Positions 37,259 through 50,468 of a stretch of 56,244 nucleotides of DNA are shown one piece after another (position 1 is the first letter of the stretch; the number at the start of each line of letters is the position of its first letter). Source of the DNA: Octopus bimaculoides (Eukaryota); assembly GCF_001194135.2 (NCBI RefSeq), contig NC_068996.1:1201050-1257293 (forward strand). The letters run 5' to 3'. The translations under genes were made by a program, and so were the position numbers. The notes beneath the pieces are model-generated. The model did no database searches, was not told where the DNA came from, and was given only the letters and a program-made list of their open reading frames with translations.

Positions 37259-38482
37259 TCGCATGTTTGCATTTTATGAATATTCCTGCAAATAACCGAC
37301 AAGTGTTCATTTAGCGTTTCTCTATAAAAGAGAAACGCCAAGCACATTTGGAAGAAAGTTTTATTGTGCGTTAATCGTGAAGTTGATCTCGTTTCCATTT
37401 ATATTAGCATATTTTCTCCTAACACAAACCTGACTAAGATCTATATACTACTGAAACTCTGTGATTGCCTGCTTACGTGCTTACGTGCGTGTTTTTCTGT
37501 AATTTAATACAGCAAAACCGGCGCATAATGGAGAAAATACTTTGAAAGTAAGGTACCATTGAAATGTGAATACAAACAGAATAAAACACGGACAACTGAT
37601 TACCGAGATACGCAGTATTTTGAGGTACCAATACGGTAACAATACGGTGCATAATGGGAAAATACTCCGAAAGTAACATAACCCTGAAATGGGAATATAC
37701 AATACTGTGAAAATTCTTTCCAATAGCTTTATATTTACGTTATATAACAATTCGCTTGGCTCTTTTGTAGAAGTGTGCACATATGCTATAAATAAATGCT
37801 GTTACTGGAGTTCAAGTTTATCTCAGAAGTTCTATTGCTATTAGATGCTGTAAATAATCAACAAAACCTTTAATATGAACTTGTAAACCAGACCTATGAT
37901 CACACAAACGAATTGAAATATTTAACTGAATCATCATAAAATGAACTTTCCTTTTAATGTAATGTTGAAATTAGCTTCAGTGTTTTATAAGATGAACCGT
38001 CAGTGATTCAACGTGTCACGGGTAATCTAGTTTTTTATAAAAACGAAATGACAAACGAAATGCAATATTTTAGATACCACCCACTCACCCACCATAAATT
38101 GCCCAAGCAATTCTAGCTTTAGTTTTTTTTGTTTATAAACAAAAGTAAATAAACAAATAAAAAGCAAGTGGGGACAAAATAATATAAGCAAGTAAAATAA
38201 GAATCAAAGAATCAAACACATGTACGTTAAAAAAAAAATTAAACACCTATCTTTAATTAAACAGGTGATTGAGATTGAGTATATTAGCTTAAAACCTGCT
38301 TTCAGAGTCACAAGTCCTAACATACAGGGTATTGAAACAATAGTATAGTCCCTGCCCTGAAGTGAAATAGGTGAAGGAGGACACTATAATTTTGAGTACG
38401 CGTGACACAACGAGAGATTTACAAAGATATCTACAAACCTAACTTAGATGCATTATTCTGCTATCAGAAAGGGATAGGTTAT

Positions 38483-38565
<83 letters not shown>

Positions 38566-38946
38566 NNNNNNNNNNNNNNNNNNNNNNNNNNNNNNNNNNN
38601 NNNNNNNNNNNNNNNNNNNNNNNNNNNNNNNNNNNNNNNNNNNNNNNNNNNNNNNNNNNNNNNNNNNNNNNNNNNNNNNNNNNNNNNNNNNNNNNNNNNN
38701 NNNNNNNNNNNNNNNNNNNNNNNNNNNNNNNNNNNNNNNNNNNNNNNNNNNNNNNNNNNNNNNNNNNNNNNNNNNNNNNNNNNNNNNNNNNNNNNNNNNN
38801 NNNNNNNNNNNNNNNNNNNNNNNNNNNNNNNNNNNNNNNNNNNNNNNNNNNNNNNNNNNNNNNNNNNNNNNNNNNNNNNNNNNNNNNNNNNNNNNNNNNN
38901 NNNNNNNNNNNNNNNNNNNNNNNNNNNNNNNNNNNNNNNNNNNNNN

Positions 38947-39166
38947 CCGGATGCAGTACCAGGCAGTGGCTCTCATGGCTTCTGATCTTAATTGATTAGA
39001 AGTGTTATCATGTACATTGTTTTGTCTTGCTATAAAAGATGGACTACAGCAAATATTCTGCTTAATACCACAGATTTGCTTGTGAGCTGTTTGGTCTTAG
39101 CCAGTTGAGCATGTCCTTTGGTGGCTGACAATATGTGCATCTCTGATCATGAGCAGAAGTAGTGGG
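38947..39166. repeat. Interspersed repeat of unassigned class
   Basis: I recall ggatgcagtaccaggcagtggctctcatggcttctgatc...gagcagaagtagtgggg as an abundant octopus repeat; it occurs once in this window, so this cannot be verified here. Confidence 0.45.
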
Positions 39167-39199
39167 GTAGAGATTCTATAAAGAAATAAATGGAGAGTG

Positions 39200-40325
39200 T
39201 ACAGATGAAAAGTTGATACCAGATAACATTGAAAGTCAAAGGTTTTGGAATGGCATCTAGAGCAAAGACAAAGAGCACAAGAAGGATTCTGAATGCTTTC
39301 AAGAACTGAAACAATCAGTAGTCTGTCCAAAACAGGCAGAACTAGTCATTTCAGTTAAGGAAGTGAAGGAAATCAGCTAAAAAAAAAAAAGAAAATGTGC
39401 AACTGGAAGGCCCCGGGACCAGATGGATCAAAAGATTAGGTGAATGTCATGTACGAATAGGATCGATTATCGTAAGGTGTACGATATGATTCCACATTCT
39501 TGGATTATGGAATGCATGAACCTAATAGGTATTGCATCGAATGTTGAGCAATTGCTTGGAAAATTATGGCGAATTGGAGAACAGAATTGAGAACATATGG
39601 AAGTTTAGGGACAATAGAAATCAGGAGAGGCATCTTCCAAGGGGACTGACTGCCTATCCCCACTGATCTTTGTACTGTGCATACCACTAACACTGATTCT
39701 GGGGAAAGCAAAGGTGGGTTATATGTTCAAGAGCCGCTAACAGAAAGTCAACCACTTGTTATTCATTGATGTTCTCAAACTTTATGGTAAGGATGAATCT
39801 CAAGTCAGTTCTCTGATTGATACGGTGTATACTTTCAGTGTTGATATCAGAATGGTATTCGGGCTGAAAAAGACAAGGAAGTTGCTGACTAGATATTGGA
39901 TACTCCACCCAAAATGTGACACAGATAGACTGTATGCACCAAGAATAGTGGGAAGCGGACTGATTGGATGCGAACACAACATTAGCAGAGAATAAAAGTA
40001 CACGGCATGGTATATAAAATTCCACAGAGTTGCTATTATTGGAAGTAAGAAGGTCAAGTTTTTGTAGGCCGGAAGATTGCAAACATGAAGCATTGTACAG
40101 GTACTTAAGAATGAATGAAACTGAAAACAGGTGTATAAAGAAAAGAATGCATGAACAAATTCATAGGGATGTTGAAAAGAAAACAGACAGAGAAAAAATA
40201 TGGTTATGGATGACTAAATGTGATTTAAGGCCGGAAACGGAGGCTCTAATCTGTGCTGCCCAAGAGCAAGCATCAAGAACCGTCAATACATGCCCAAAGA
40301 AGTCGCATGACTCAGCCGCAACGTA
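39200..40325 (+). mobile_element. R4/Dong LINE relic (RT with internal deletions), same family as 50469-51530
   Basis: WKAPGPDG; IRRGIFQGD*; NHLLFIDVLKLYGKDE; HPKCDTDRLY; LRPETEALICAAQEQ. The stretch ggccggaaacggaggctctaatctgtgctgcccaagagcaagc is nearly identical to the reverse complement of about 51170-51215. Confidence 0.85.
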
Positions 40326-40339
40326 TCACGAGATGGAAA

Positions 40340-41447
40340 TATGAGCGTATATGAGCAGAAGTGGATGCATGGATATGTTAATAGAAAGCTCCGGGATGAA
40401 AGTAACATTGATCATGAAAGCAGTCTATCATGGACCAACAACCACTTTGAATTATGCGTTTGCAATCTAGGAACAAGAAATATCATCCAACTACCTGATG
40501 CACGAAAGGAACAGAGATGCAGTAAAAGCAGCAAATTGTGATAACCGATGCATACTTTGTGGAATTAACACAGAAGATATCATTCGCATCTTAAGCAGTT
40601 ATCCGAAAGTATCATCACGGTATTATCTACCGAATGGACATGATGTTATATCTAGAACACTCTATAATGAGATCTGTCGGAAGGATAACAAAAAAAAAAA
40701 AAGAACCTACGGTATGGTAGAAGTCAGTGTTAATCATAATAAAAAGGAGTAGTGGTGGAATGTCCCAATGAAAACTTCAATAAAATGTAAATATAATAGA
40801 TCTGACATAGTAATTTGGATTAGAGAAGAGAAACTGTGTGCAGTTGTAGGAATTGGCTACCTAGCGGATGTTAACAAAAAGCTAAAGATTAGAGAAAAAA
40901 AATATTTACACTGAACTATTGAGAAATCGGCAGTTACTCTGTGCAGTTTATAAGTTCAGGTTTATATCTGTAATTATTGGAGCACTGAGATATGTAACAC
41001 ACTGCTTAAATAACAATCTTGAGCAATTGGGCTTCTCAAAGCTGGAAAGGTGAAAGCTGATTCGAAGACAACGAATCCAATCCATCACTGAAACTGTAAA
41101 TATCTGTAAAACTTTCCAGAAGTCTATCATTTAAATATATATGAGCATGACTAGACATGCAATTATATGCATGAGAATACATATATAAAACAAAACATAC
41201 AATTTTGCATACATACATACATACATGCCTGAATGCATACATACGTATTTGCATACTTACATACAAACATACTTACATACATACATGCATACATACATAC
41301 ATACATACATACATACATACATACATACATACATGCAAAAATACCCTGTTGACGTTGAAATTCCAATGAAGGAACCCTGGATCTAGATTAGAAACTAATT
41401 CTTTCTCTATTGGCAAGAAATGTTGAAATGAAATTGAGTAATGACAA
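40340..41447 (+). mobile_element. R4/Dong LINE 3' relic with 3' UTR, same family as 25141-27206
   Basis: CDNRCILCG; RSDIVIW; SVIIGALRYV; ETVNICKTFQK. The 3' UTR module at 41336-41447 is homologous to 25141-25245; (TACA)n tail. Confidence 0.85.
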
Positions 41448-41478
41448 ACATACATACATACGTACGTACATACATACA

Positions 41479-41512
<34 letters not shown>

Positions 41513-42724
41513 AACACAAACTCACATATATATACGTATGCATCTATACATGTATCCATACATAACGCATATGCAGATTCCAGCAGTGAGGAAAATAGGA
41601 ATGCAAAACCTGTTATTCTATGACGTTGATGAATGTGAACAAGACAGGGAAATCAATGACAGTCTGGTCAATGCTTAGAGAAGTATTTTTCGGTTTCCTC
41701 TACAACCAGCTCAGCTTACGCTATGTATAACAATCATAAATTAGACTACCACTGTAGTGGCTATTTCAGTTTGGACAACATTTCATTGACAATCAATCTT
41801 TGTATATATACAACACAGTGTGATTCAAAAGCACTGAAATAAATTTAGATATTAGAATACCTAACTGTAAGATAAATAGGAAAAAGCAAGTTTATATAAT
41901 TATTGTTTCATTTATTTACTTTTTATTGATGTTTCTTCAGTTTTGATACAATACGCGTTTAGTCTGTTCCTTTTGGGCATTTTTTCTGATTGTATTACTA
42001 TTTCTTCATATTATTTCTTCCTTTTTATCTCTTCATTTCTTGTGCATTTTGTTTCTTTCTAATATATATCACTTTGCATTGCAACCTTACCCGGAATTTC
42101 GCAATAGTGGGATTTCTTTCTCACACACAATCTCTCTTTCTTTCTAGAATAATTAGAGAAAATGTAGTTGCTTCTTGCGAATAATTAAATAAAATTTTCT
42201 ATTTGAATCATGAAAACAAAAACTAATTTAATATAGAAATATGTATGTTTTTTAACATATAATCATATATATATGCACATACATAAATATATGCATTAAT
42301 ATAAATTTACATGCATGCATACATAACATATACACCTATACGACCCCCAGCATTATATTCGTGCTTTAGTGTAAATGAATGTATATAAAGTTTGTCGATA
42401 TATTTTGAAGGTTTTTTTTTTGTATATCTAAAATATTCAGTGATGCACATTTGTGCAAGAAACAAAAAGTAAAAGAGAATGTAGTCTCTTGACGAAGCTT
42501 TTCATAATTTGCTGCCCACTCAGGAGAGCCGCTTTCATTTTCCCTCTTATAAAAAATAGAGCATATCTATTATTAGATTTCTAATGCCCGTAAAGCAAGT
42601 CTTTGTAATATTCCAATTTATTTTAATTTTTCTGATTCACGTAAGACGCACACACACATACACAAGCAAACAAATATATGCATTCATTTATATATGATGT
42701 GTGTGTGTGTATGTGTGTATGTGA

Positions 42725-42930
42725 GTGTATTTGTGTGTCTGTGTTTGCCCTCCACCATAGCTTGACAACCGATGTTGGTGTGTTTAAATTCCCATAGCCT
42801 AGTAGTTCGAGAAAAGAGAACGATGGATGAAGTACTAGGCTTACAAAGAATAAGTCCTGGCGTCGAATTATTCGACTAATGGCGATGCTCCAGTATGGCC
42901 ACTGTCAAATGACTGAAACAACTGAAAGAA
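42725..42930 (+). mobile_element. tRNA-SINE family A 3' half
   Basis: gcttgacaaccgatgttggtgtg...actaggcttacaaagaataagtcctgg...gtcaaatgactgaaac. Confidence 0.8.
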
Positions 42931-43134
42931 TATATATATTGTTGAAATTTACAGAAAAACAAAAGACGAAGACAAGTGTATGAACAACAATCAGGTGTAG
43001 TAGTTTGACGCTGGGACAGTCAGAAAATAAAGTGTTGATGAAACCAAAACGAAGGTGCGTGTGTGTGTGTACATGTGAGAATGCATTTGTGTGTGTGAGT
43101 GCCTCTGTACTGTGTTGGTGTGCAGATGATGGTA

Positions 43135-43326
43135 AATGGGTGTTTGTTTCCCACACCATCGCTTGAAAAAAAACCCGGTGTTGGTGTGTTTACAACACTG
43201 TAACTTAGCGGTTCGGTAAAAGAAAAACAATAGAATAAGCACTAGGCTTACAAAGAATAATTCCTGGGCTCGATTTGTTCGACTAAAGGCGGTGCTCCAG
43301 CATGGCCGCAGTCAAATGACTGAAAT
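43135..43326 (+). mobile_element. tRNA-SINE family A 3' half
   Basis: taacttagcggttcgg...ggcggtgctccagcatggccgcagtcaaatgactgaaa. Confidence 0.82.
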
Positions 43327-43358
<32 letters not shown>

Positions 43359-44083
43359 TACTACGAACGTATAGACAGAGAAATAAAGCATTTCTTATAA
43401 GACCGATAAACGTTATACACATACAATGAATCTCAAATACCAGTTTACATTTACATATGCATGTCTTTTTAATGTACGTGTATATTCAAGAGTATACGTA
43501 TCTGCCCGTATGTAAGTATATAAGTAAGCATGCATTTGAGCATATGCTTATACACACACACACGTGTGTATATAAACTTTTGTTGAAGAATGTGGTTATT
43601 TCTATATTAAATTAGATTTTATGATTCTAATAGAAATGGTTATATAATAGTTCCCAAGAAGCAAGTAATTTTTTTTTAATTATTCGAAGAAAGAAATCAA
43701 AGAAGAGAGAGAGAAAGAGGGAAGGAAAAAATTGCCTATGAAAAAGAAATAGTGCGATTTAAATTTTAGGGGAGAGATAACGATTGTAAAATAGAGAGAA
43801 GTGCACTTGAAAGGAACAAAATTCAAAAGAAATTAAACGATAAAAAAAGAACAAATAGTAAGACGAAAAATGTCATAGACGAAAATTGTAATAAAAATTT
43901 AAAAAATATATAAACACAAGTTGTCACAAAAGTGAAGAACTTAAACGGAAAAAAAGGACACATGAATAAATGATAAATAAATCAATAATAATTATAAAAC
44001 GAAATAAAATAAAAGACGTGTAAAAAGGATGATCGTGTGAGAGCTGGGGAGACTTTTACTAACCCATTCTCTATACGTGTAAT

Positions 44084-44121
<38 letters not shown>

Positions 44122-44199
44122 GGATACGTATATAAATGTATGTATGCATGCGTCTGTATGTATGTGATGGTGTACGTGTATATATATAGTTATGCATAT

Positions 44200-44262
<63 letters not shown>

Positions 44263-44519
44263 CTCATGAATACATATACATACAAATACATATTTATATA
44301 TATGTGTGTTTGTGTATGTATATAGATATGTGTATACATATATATGCGTGCGTGTATATAAACATATATGATAGAGAGAAAGAGAGGGAGAGAGAGAAAG
44401 AGATAAAGAAAGAGAGAAAGAAAGACTGAAACTGTGAAAAAGAGAAAGAGAGAATCAGATCAACGCTTGAAATATGAAAGCAAGTTAACAAAGGGGGATG
44501 AACATAATCATAAGCTGCT

Positions 44520-44636
44520 TAGCTATGAAAAGAAAACAGTTAATGAAAGCATCGCCACTACCTCCACCACCACAACAACCATCCCCACCAACAACACACT
44601 ACCACCAAAACCACCAGCAACACTACCAACACCACC

Positions 44637-44682
<46 letters not shown>

Positions 44683-44950
44683 CAACAACCAGTTGATGAT
44701 CATGATGATGGTGAACATCATCATCACCATCAATGCAGAAAACACAAGCAGCAATAAAATGAGAAATAAGAATAATAGACACAAAACATGAAACACAAAC
44801 GACAACAAAATAATATCTACAGCATCAAGAGCCCATCCATATTCAACAACAGCAGCAACAATGGAAATGTTACGACGACGACGACGATGAAGATGATGAT
44901 GATGGCGTCGGCGTCGGCGGCGGCAGTGCTGCTGCTGCTGCTGCTGAAAT
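44520..44950. repeat. Compound trinucleotide low-complexity tract (CAC, CAT, GAC, GCT)
   Basis: Seen directly. Confidence 0.9.
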
Positions 44951-45263
44951 AATGTTACAATGGTGATGTTAATAAAATAATGGTACAGCTGACACTTTAT
45001 GGACAAAATTCTGTATCGTCACCAATCCGACCAACTCTCATCACAAAGACTCTTTTCAAAACACACCCCGACCACATAAACCATCAGACCCACCACATAT
45101 TTCTTCAACTTTATCACTGCAACCTCCACCACCACTACAAACGTCACCACAACCCATCGTCTCTACAGTTACTAATAAAAATCGGAAACAATAATTTTTA
45201 ACGAAAACTACCACAAGAACAATAGCGACGAAAATAAAATATGAAAGCAATAATAATACGCAG

Positions 45264-45327
<64 letters not shown>

Positions 45328-45899
45328 TGTGCGAACTGGTTTCAGGTGCTGTTACTATTGTTGTTAGTACGAGGGAGGAAGTACTTACTTTGGTGTTTAA
45401 TAGCGAGAAAAATATATAAATCAGCGAAAACTAACAAAGGTGAAAATAAAGTCTTAAAATAGATTGAATAAAAGTGTTTGATCGGTCAACAAGATGCGAA
45501 TAAAAGTTTCATTAAATTTGCAATGAAACTCTTCCAAAAATAACAGAGAAATATTCATTTGGAAGTCTACGAAATGTTTATACTATTGTACGATGCTTAT
45601 ATGTATATACATATATATATATTAATCCAAACCGTTTATTGCAGCCAGGATCTGCACGAATATCATGCACTTTGGTTGTTAAAGGTTCAGAGATTCTAAT
45701 ATCAACTAGTGATGAATGAATACTAATTTCTTCATATATAAGGCACAATGATAGAGAAGAGAGAAACGTATTTAGGCTCACGGTTCAGAGATCAATAGGA
45801 CGTATCCAGCAGTATTGTTGATGTTTTCATATAAACCATTTATTTTACAATATTTGTTTTCCCGAATCACAGTAAAGTGATTCGGGAGAATGAGCCATT

Positions 45900-46060
45900 C
45901 AAATGTAAACTGCAGTTAACTGTGTGGAGGACTTACATAAATATATATCGTCCGGCAATTGTGCTAGTTATTTCTGCATTAAGAGATGGGTCCGTCTGTT
46001 CAATATGAACTTATTGATAGAACACCGCCTCCGAACGTGTGCTAAGACTTTTTACGTATT
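45900..46060 (+). mobile_element. Possible mariner HTH remnant
   Basis: GNCASYFCIKRWVRLFN resembles the mariner N-terminal GDxAPSYxTVKRWVxxF pattern; no TIRs recognised. Confidence 0.3.
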
Positions 46061-46234
46061 GCGATTACCCAAGATTCACAGAACGAAATTCATCGCTATT
46101 TCTTGAGAGCTTTATCAATGAGCACAACTGTCCCACTCTACTGTTTAAGAAGAAACTAAAGACACTTGTATGTCGATATATTTTGATCAGAAGCGGTTCA
46201 TAACTAATGAGCATGGGTCCTGTCAATTTTCTTA

Positions 46235-46660
46235 TTCCAGTTCCATTGACACAACGCTTCTCAAAATCCGGCCGTTTCAAGTAGTTATGTTTACTGGAGC
46301 ATCTCAGTCTTGACAGTAATTTCAAGTCTGCCAGGCCACTTCTGAAATTGGTTTGCAACGGTTCCAGGTGCCCCCTATCACAAACAGGTATAACCTCCAC
46401 TTCTTCAATTTCAACAAACGTGCAATCTCGTGTTTCAAATCTTGGTACCTATTTACTTTGTCCTACTCTACTACTCGGTAATCTCCTGGGGTAGCGATGT
46501 CGATAGTTCAACAATGTCTTTCTTCTTTCTCAATCAGGATCAAATCAGATCATCTTACCTCAATAAACAGTGTCACATTGAAATCCCATAGCAATTTCAC
46601 CATATCGTTTTCCATTAAGCGGGTGGATGGTGGTCATACCGCTTGTCAGCTCGTTCCAGT
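46235..46660 (-). mobile_element. R4/Dong LINE 3' relic (RLE domain)
   Basis: RADKRYDHHPPALMENDMVKLLWDFN...SDLILIEKEERHC*TIDIATPGD...DKVNRYQDLKHEIARL...VEVIPV.IG...KTEMLQ. Confidence 0.85.
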
Positions 46661-46734
46661 CAACAAAAGAGGGTTTTTTTAGGGTGATAGCTTTTCTCTG
46701 TTGCTTTTTTATTCTGCATGATCCAAAATGAAAC

Positions 46735-47860
46735 TGGGATATCATCTAAACGGAAAATCTCAGACAATCAACCACCTCCTTTTCATGAATGATTTGAAGC
46801 TGTATGGGAAGGATGAGGCACAAGTGAGTTCTTTGGTGAACACGGGCCACTATTTTAGTACTGATATTAGAATGGAATTCGGACTCAAGAAGTGTGGTAT
46901 ACTGCACCTGAAAAGAGGGAACGTACAGTACCTAGTAGGTAGAGAATTACATAATACAGAACTGATTAAACAAATTGAAACGGAAGGCTACAAATAATTT
47001 GGCATACTAGAGTTCAACGAGATAATGGAGATGGAAATGAAACAGCAACTGAGAATAGAGTATTTCTGAAGACTAAGCTTGGTGTAGCGCTCAGAATTGA
47101 TCGGATGGAATAAAATCTAAGCAGTTAATATATGGGCGATAGCATCATTTCTGCATGGAACTGGAATCATAAAATGGCAAAGAAAAAACTGATAAACATG
47201 GATACGAAGACAAGAAAGATATTGACAGTGTAAGGAGCCTTCCACCCTAAGAGTGACACTGATAGTCTGTACTTTCCCAGAAGAAAGCGTGGGAGAGTTT
47301 TGATCAATTGCCAGGATTGTATCGAAGCAGAAGAAAACAGCTTAAGGTTGTAAGTAAAAATACCGCGGAACCACTGTTTAAACGTGAAAAAGGACGGCGT
47401 CATTAAAACTAAGAAAGAAAAACTTAGAGGAAAAGAACACACGCAAAAAAACAAAAAAAAATAGTTTGGAAGGAAAATGTACTGTCAGCTTGCAAGTGAT
47501 ACGAACGCCAAGAAGAATACGGTGGCTATAAACGAGGAGTATGGCCTGAAGATAGAGACAAAAGCACTTATATGTGCAGCTCAAGATCAAGCGTTACGGA
47601 CTATGTGAAGTGAAGAATCGACAAAACTACGGAGAGCGACAAATGTGTGGTGAGAGAGGTGAAACGGTATGGCACATCGTTAACGAATACTCGAAATTGA
47701 CACAGCACCAATACAAAAGATGACATGACAATGTAGCAAGAATGATGCACTGCGAGGTCAGCGGAAATCATAGCCTACATTGAGGAAAGACATGGTAGGG
47801 GCAACCCCCAGAATGAGTCACCAGAATGAAAATTGCAAAATCATGTGCGATCACTTAACC
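46735..47860 (+). mobile_element. R4/Dong LINE relic (RT C-terminus to zinc knuckle)
   Basis: INHLLFMNDLKLYGKDE...MEFGLKKCG...HPKSDTDSLY...ETKALICAAQDQALRT...CGERGETVWHIV. Confidence 0.88.
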
Positions 47861-47876
47861 AGACATCGGGAAAAAA

Positions 47877-47933
<57 letters not shown>

Positions 47934-48040
47934 GTTCAGTAGTTTTATTTTTATAACGTGCTTTCACTTCACTACCGAGCGCAGCTCTGTGCGCCTTGGT
48001 TTGCTGTGATGCTCTTATGGTTACTGTATTGAAAGTGTTT
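47934..48040 (-). mobile_element. About 105-bp 3' stub of the R4/Dong family at 48766-50246
   Basis: Shares tcagtag...tgccttggtt...cttatggttactgtattgaaagtgttt with 48766-48860; (TAA)n tail and (GAA)n 5' flank. Confidence 0.85.
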
Positions 48041-48080
48041 TCTTCTTCTTCTTCTTCTTCTTCTTCTTCTTCTTCTTCTT

Positions 48081-48164
<84 letters not shown>

Positions 48165-48765
48165 TTATGTTTGACTTTTGTNNNNNNNNNNNNNNNNNNN
48201 NNNNNNNNNNNNNNNNNNNNNNNNNNNNNNNNNNNNNNNNNNNNNNNNNNNNNNNNNNNNNNNNNNNNNNNNNNNNNNNNNNNNNNNNNNNNNNNNNNNN
48301 NNNNNNNNNNNNNNNNNNNNNNNNNNNNNNNNNNNNNNNNNNNNNNNNNNNNNNNNNNNNNNNNNNNNNNNNNNNNNNNNNNNNNNNNNNNNNNNNNNNN
48401 NNNNNNNNNNNNNNNNNNNNNNNNNNNNNNNNNNNNNNNNNNNNNNNNNNNNNNNNNNNNNNNNNNNNNNNNNNNNNNNNNNNNNNNNNNNNNNNNNNNN
48501 NNNNNNNNNNNNNNNNNNNNNNNNNNNNNNNNNNNNNNNNNNNNNNNNNNNNNNNNNNNNNNNNNNNNNNNNNNNNNNNNNNNNNNNNNNNNNNNNNNNN
48601 NNNNNNNNNNNNNNNNNNNNNNNNNNNNNNNNNNNNNNNNNNNNNNNNNNNNNNNNNNNNNNNNNNNNNNNNNNNNNNNNNNNNNNNNNNNNNNNNNNNN
48701 NNNNNNNNNNNNNNNNNNNNNNNNNNNNNNNNNNNNNNNNNNNNNNNNNNNNTATTATTATTATT

Positions 48766-50246
48766 CAGTAGTCTTATTTTTATCACGTGCTCTGTGTGCC
48801 TTGGTTATTTGCTGTGGTTTGCTGCGATGTTCTTATGGTTACTGTATTGAAAGTGTTTTGCGTAGGATGGGTGCAGTGCCCAGTAGTGCAATTTTCTGTA
48901 TGTTATATATAATTGTAAGTCCTGGTGATTTTTTTATGTATTTGTCCGAATATTTTTTTTATCATACCTAATACACCTACTATGATAAGAATTGATTCTG
49001 TTTTTAGACTCCACATTCGATTTACTTCTATTTCCAGGTCTTTGTATTTTGAAAGTTTTTCCATTTCTTTCAGAGAAACGCTGTCGTCTGCTGGCATTGA
49101 TACATCTCTGAAAATTATATCTGGCCTTATTGGCCTTAATTTCACTATCTTTTTGTATTGGCATATTCCATAATATTGTTGCTTTCTCATTTTATGCGAC
49201 CTTTTCTGGCGTGTGCCTATACAATCTATTTTCTGTTATTCCATAGTGTTGGCATAGCTTCCCGTATATGTAGCTCTCAACTCTGTCGTGTCTGTGAATA
49301 TATTCCTTCTTAGCCAGGACTGGGCAGCCAGAGATAATATGATTTATTGTTTCTTGTCCATCTCCACATATTCTACAGTTACTTGTTATGTTTCTTTTCA
49401 TTATATGTTTTTGGTAATTTCTGGTGGGGAGGCTTTGGTCTTGTGCTGCAATTAAAAATCCTTCAGTCTCTGCTTTGATTCCTGAGCTTCTCAACCATTG
49501 CTGGGAGTTTGCTTTGTCTATTCCTTTTGTGTTTAATGTATCCCAGTATTTCCAAGGAAGGGTCTTTTCTTGCCATCGTTTTATCATGATCCGTTGCTAT
49601 TCTAGTTTTTGTTTGAATTTCATTTGCTTTCCAGCTTTTGTTGTTTCTTCATTTTCTTCATAGTTGTTAAGTAGTATGACTTCTTGTTTGTATTTGTCAG
49701 CTTCCTTAAATACTGAAAACGGTCTTTTGTTTTGCTCGTGTTTTGTGGCTATTTGTATTAGTTTCCCTTGCTTCTGGAGTAGGTATTTTTGCAGTCCTAT
49801 GGTGGTTATTTTATAATAGTTTTCTAGCTGTATAAGACCCCTGCCACCTTCTGTGCGTTGTATATATAGCCTTTCTATGTCTGATTTTGGGTGGTGCATC
49901 CTATAACCTGTCATTATTTTTCTTGTTTTCCTGTCTATTTTAGATAGTTCGTTTAGTGTCCAGTTAAGGATGTTGTAGCTGTAGCTTATAACTGGGACAG
50001 CTAAAGTGTTGATACCCATTATCTTGTTTTTAGCATTTAGCTCTGTCTTCTGTATTAATCTAACTCGTCTATAGTATTCCTTCCTTATCTTCTCTTTAAT
50101 TCCTGTGTTGTATCGTATCTAGTTCATTGATTCCTAAATATTTGTATGTCTGGCTTTGGTATAATTCACTTATTTCATTGGCTTTATCTAATGTGATGTT
50201 GCTACTCTTAACTAGACTTCCTCTTTTCAAGGTTGCTTTGACACAT
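48766..50246 (-). mobile_element. 5'-truncated R4/Dong LINE (thumb, zinc knuckle, RLE), relatively young
   Basis: YKYLG...INTLAVPVISYS...HHPKSDIERLY...GGRGL...KAETEGFLIAAQDQSL...CRICGDGQETINHIISGC...RPDII...KYKDLEIE...GTAPILRKTLSI; a few frameshifts. Confidence 0.93.
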
Positions 50247-50404
50247 TCTTCTTCTTCTTCTTTTTCTTCTTCTTCTTCTTCTTCTTCTTCTTCTTCTTCT
50301 TCTTCTTCTTCTTCTTCTTCTTCTTCTTCTTCTTCTTCTTCTTCTTCTTCTTCTTCTTCTTCTTCTTCTTCTTCTTCTTCTTCTTGTCGTCGTCGTCGTT
50401 GTTG

Positions 50405-50468
<64 letters not shown>

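Noticed and set aside
24480-37710. CRISPR-like arrays at the 72-bp and 126-bp repeats
   Set aside because: Only two diverged units each, no repeat-spacer regularity, no cas genes, eukaryotic context.
41575-41690. Calcium-binding EGF exon (FYDVDECEQ)
   Set aside because: Only one cysteine, the frame ends after about 35 codons, and there is no good donor site.
44434-44791. Pro/Ser/His-rich transcription-factor-like ORFs
   Set aside because: Compound trinucleotide repeats open in several frames on both strands, with no domain.
46065-46400. 111-aa ORF as a host protein exon
   Set aside because: It is an off-frame reading of the R4/Dong RLE C-terminus.
46235-47860. Twin-priming 5' inversion of a single LINE
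   Set aside because: Both pieces contain the WYxH...KxxWD segment with clearly different sequences (DHHPPALMENDMVKLLWD versus GQPPE.VTENENCKIMCD), so they are independent insertions.
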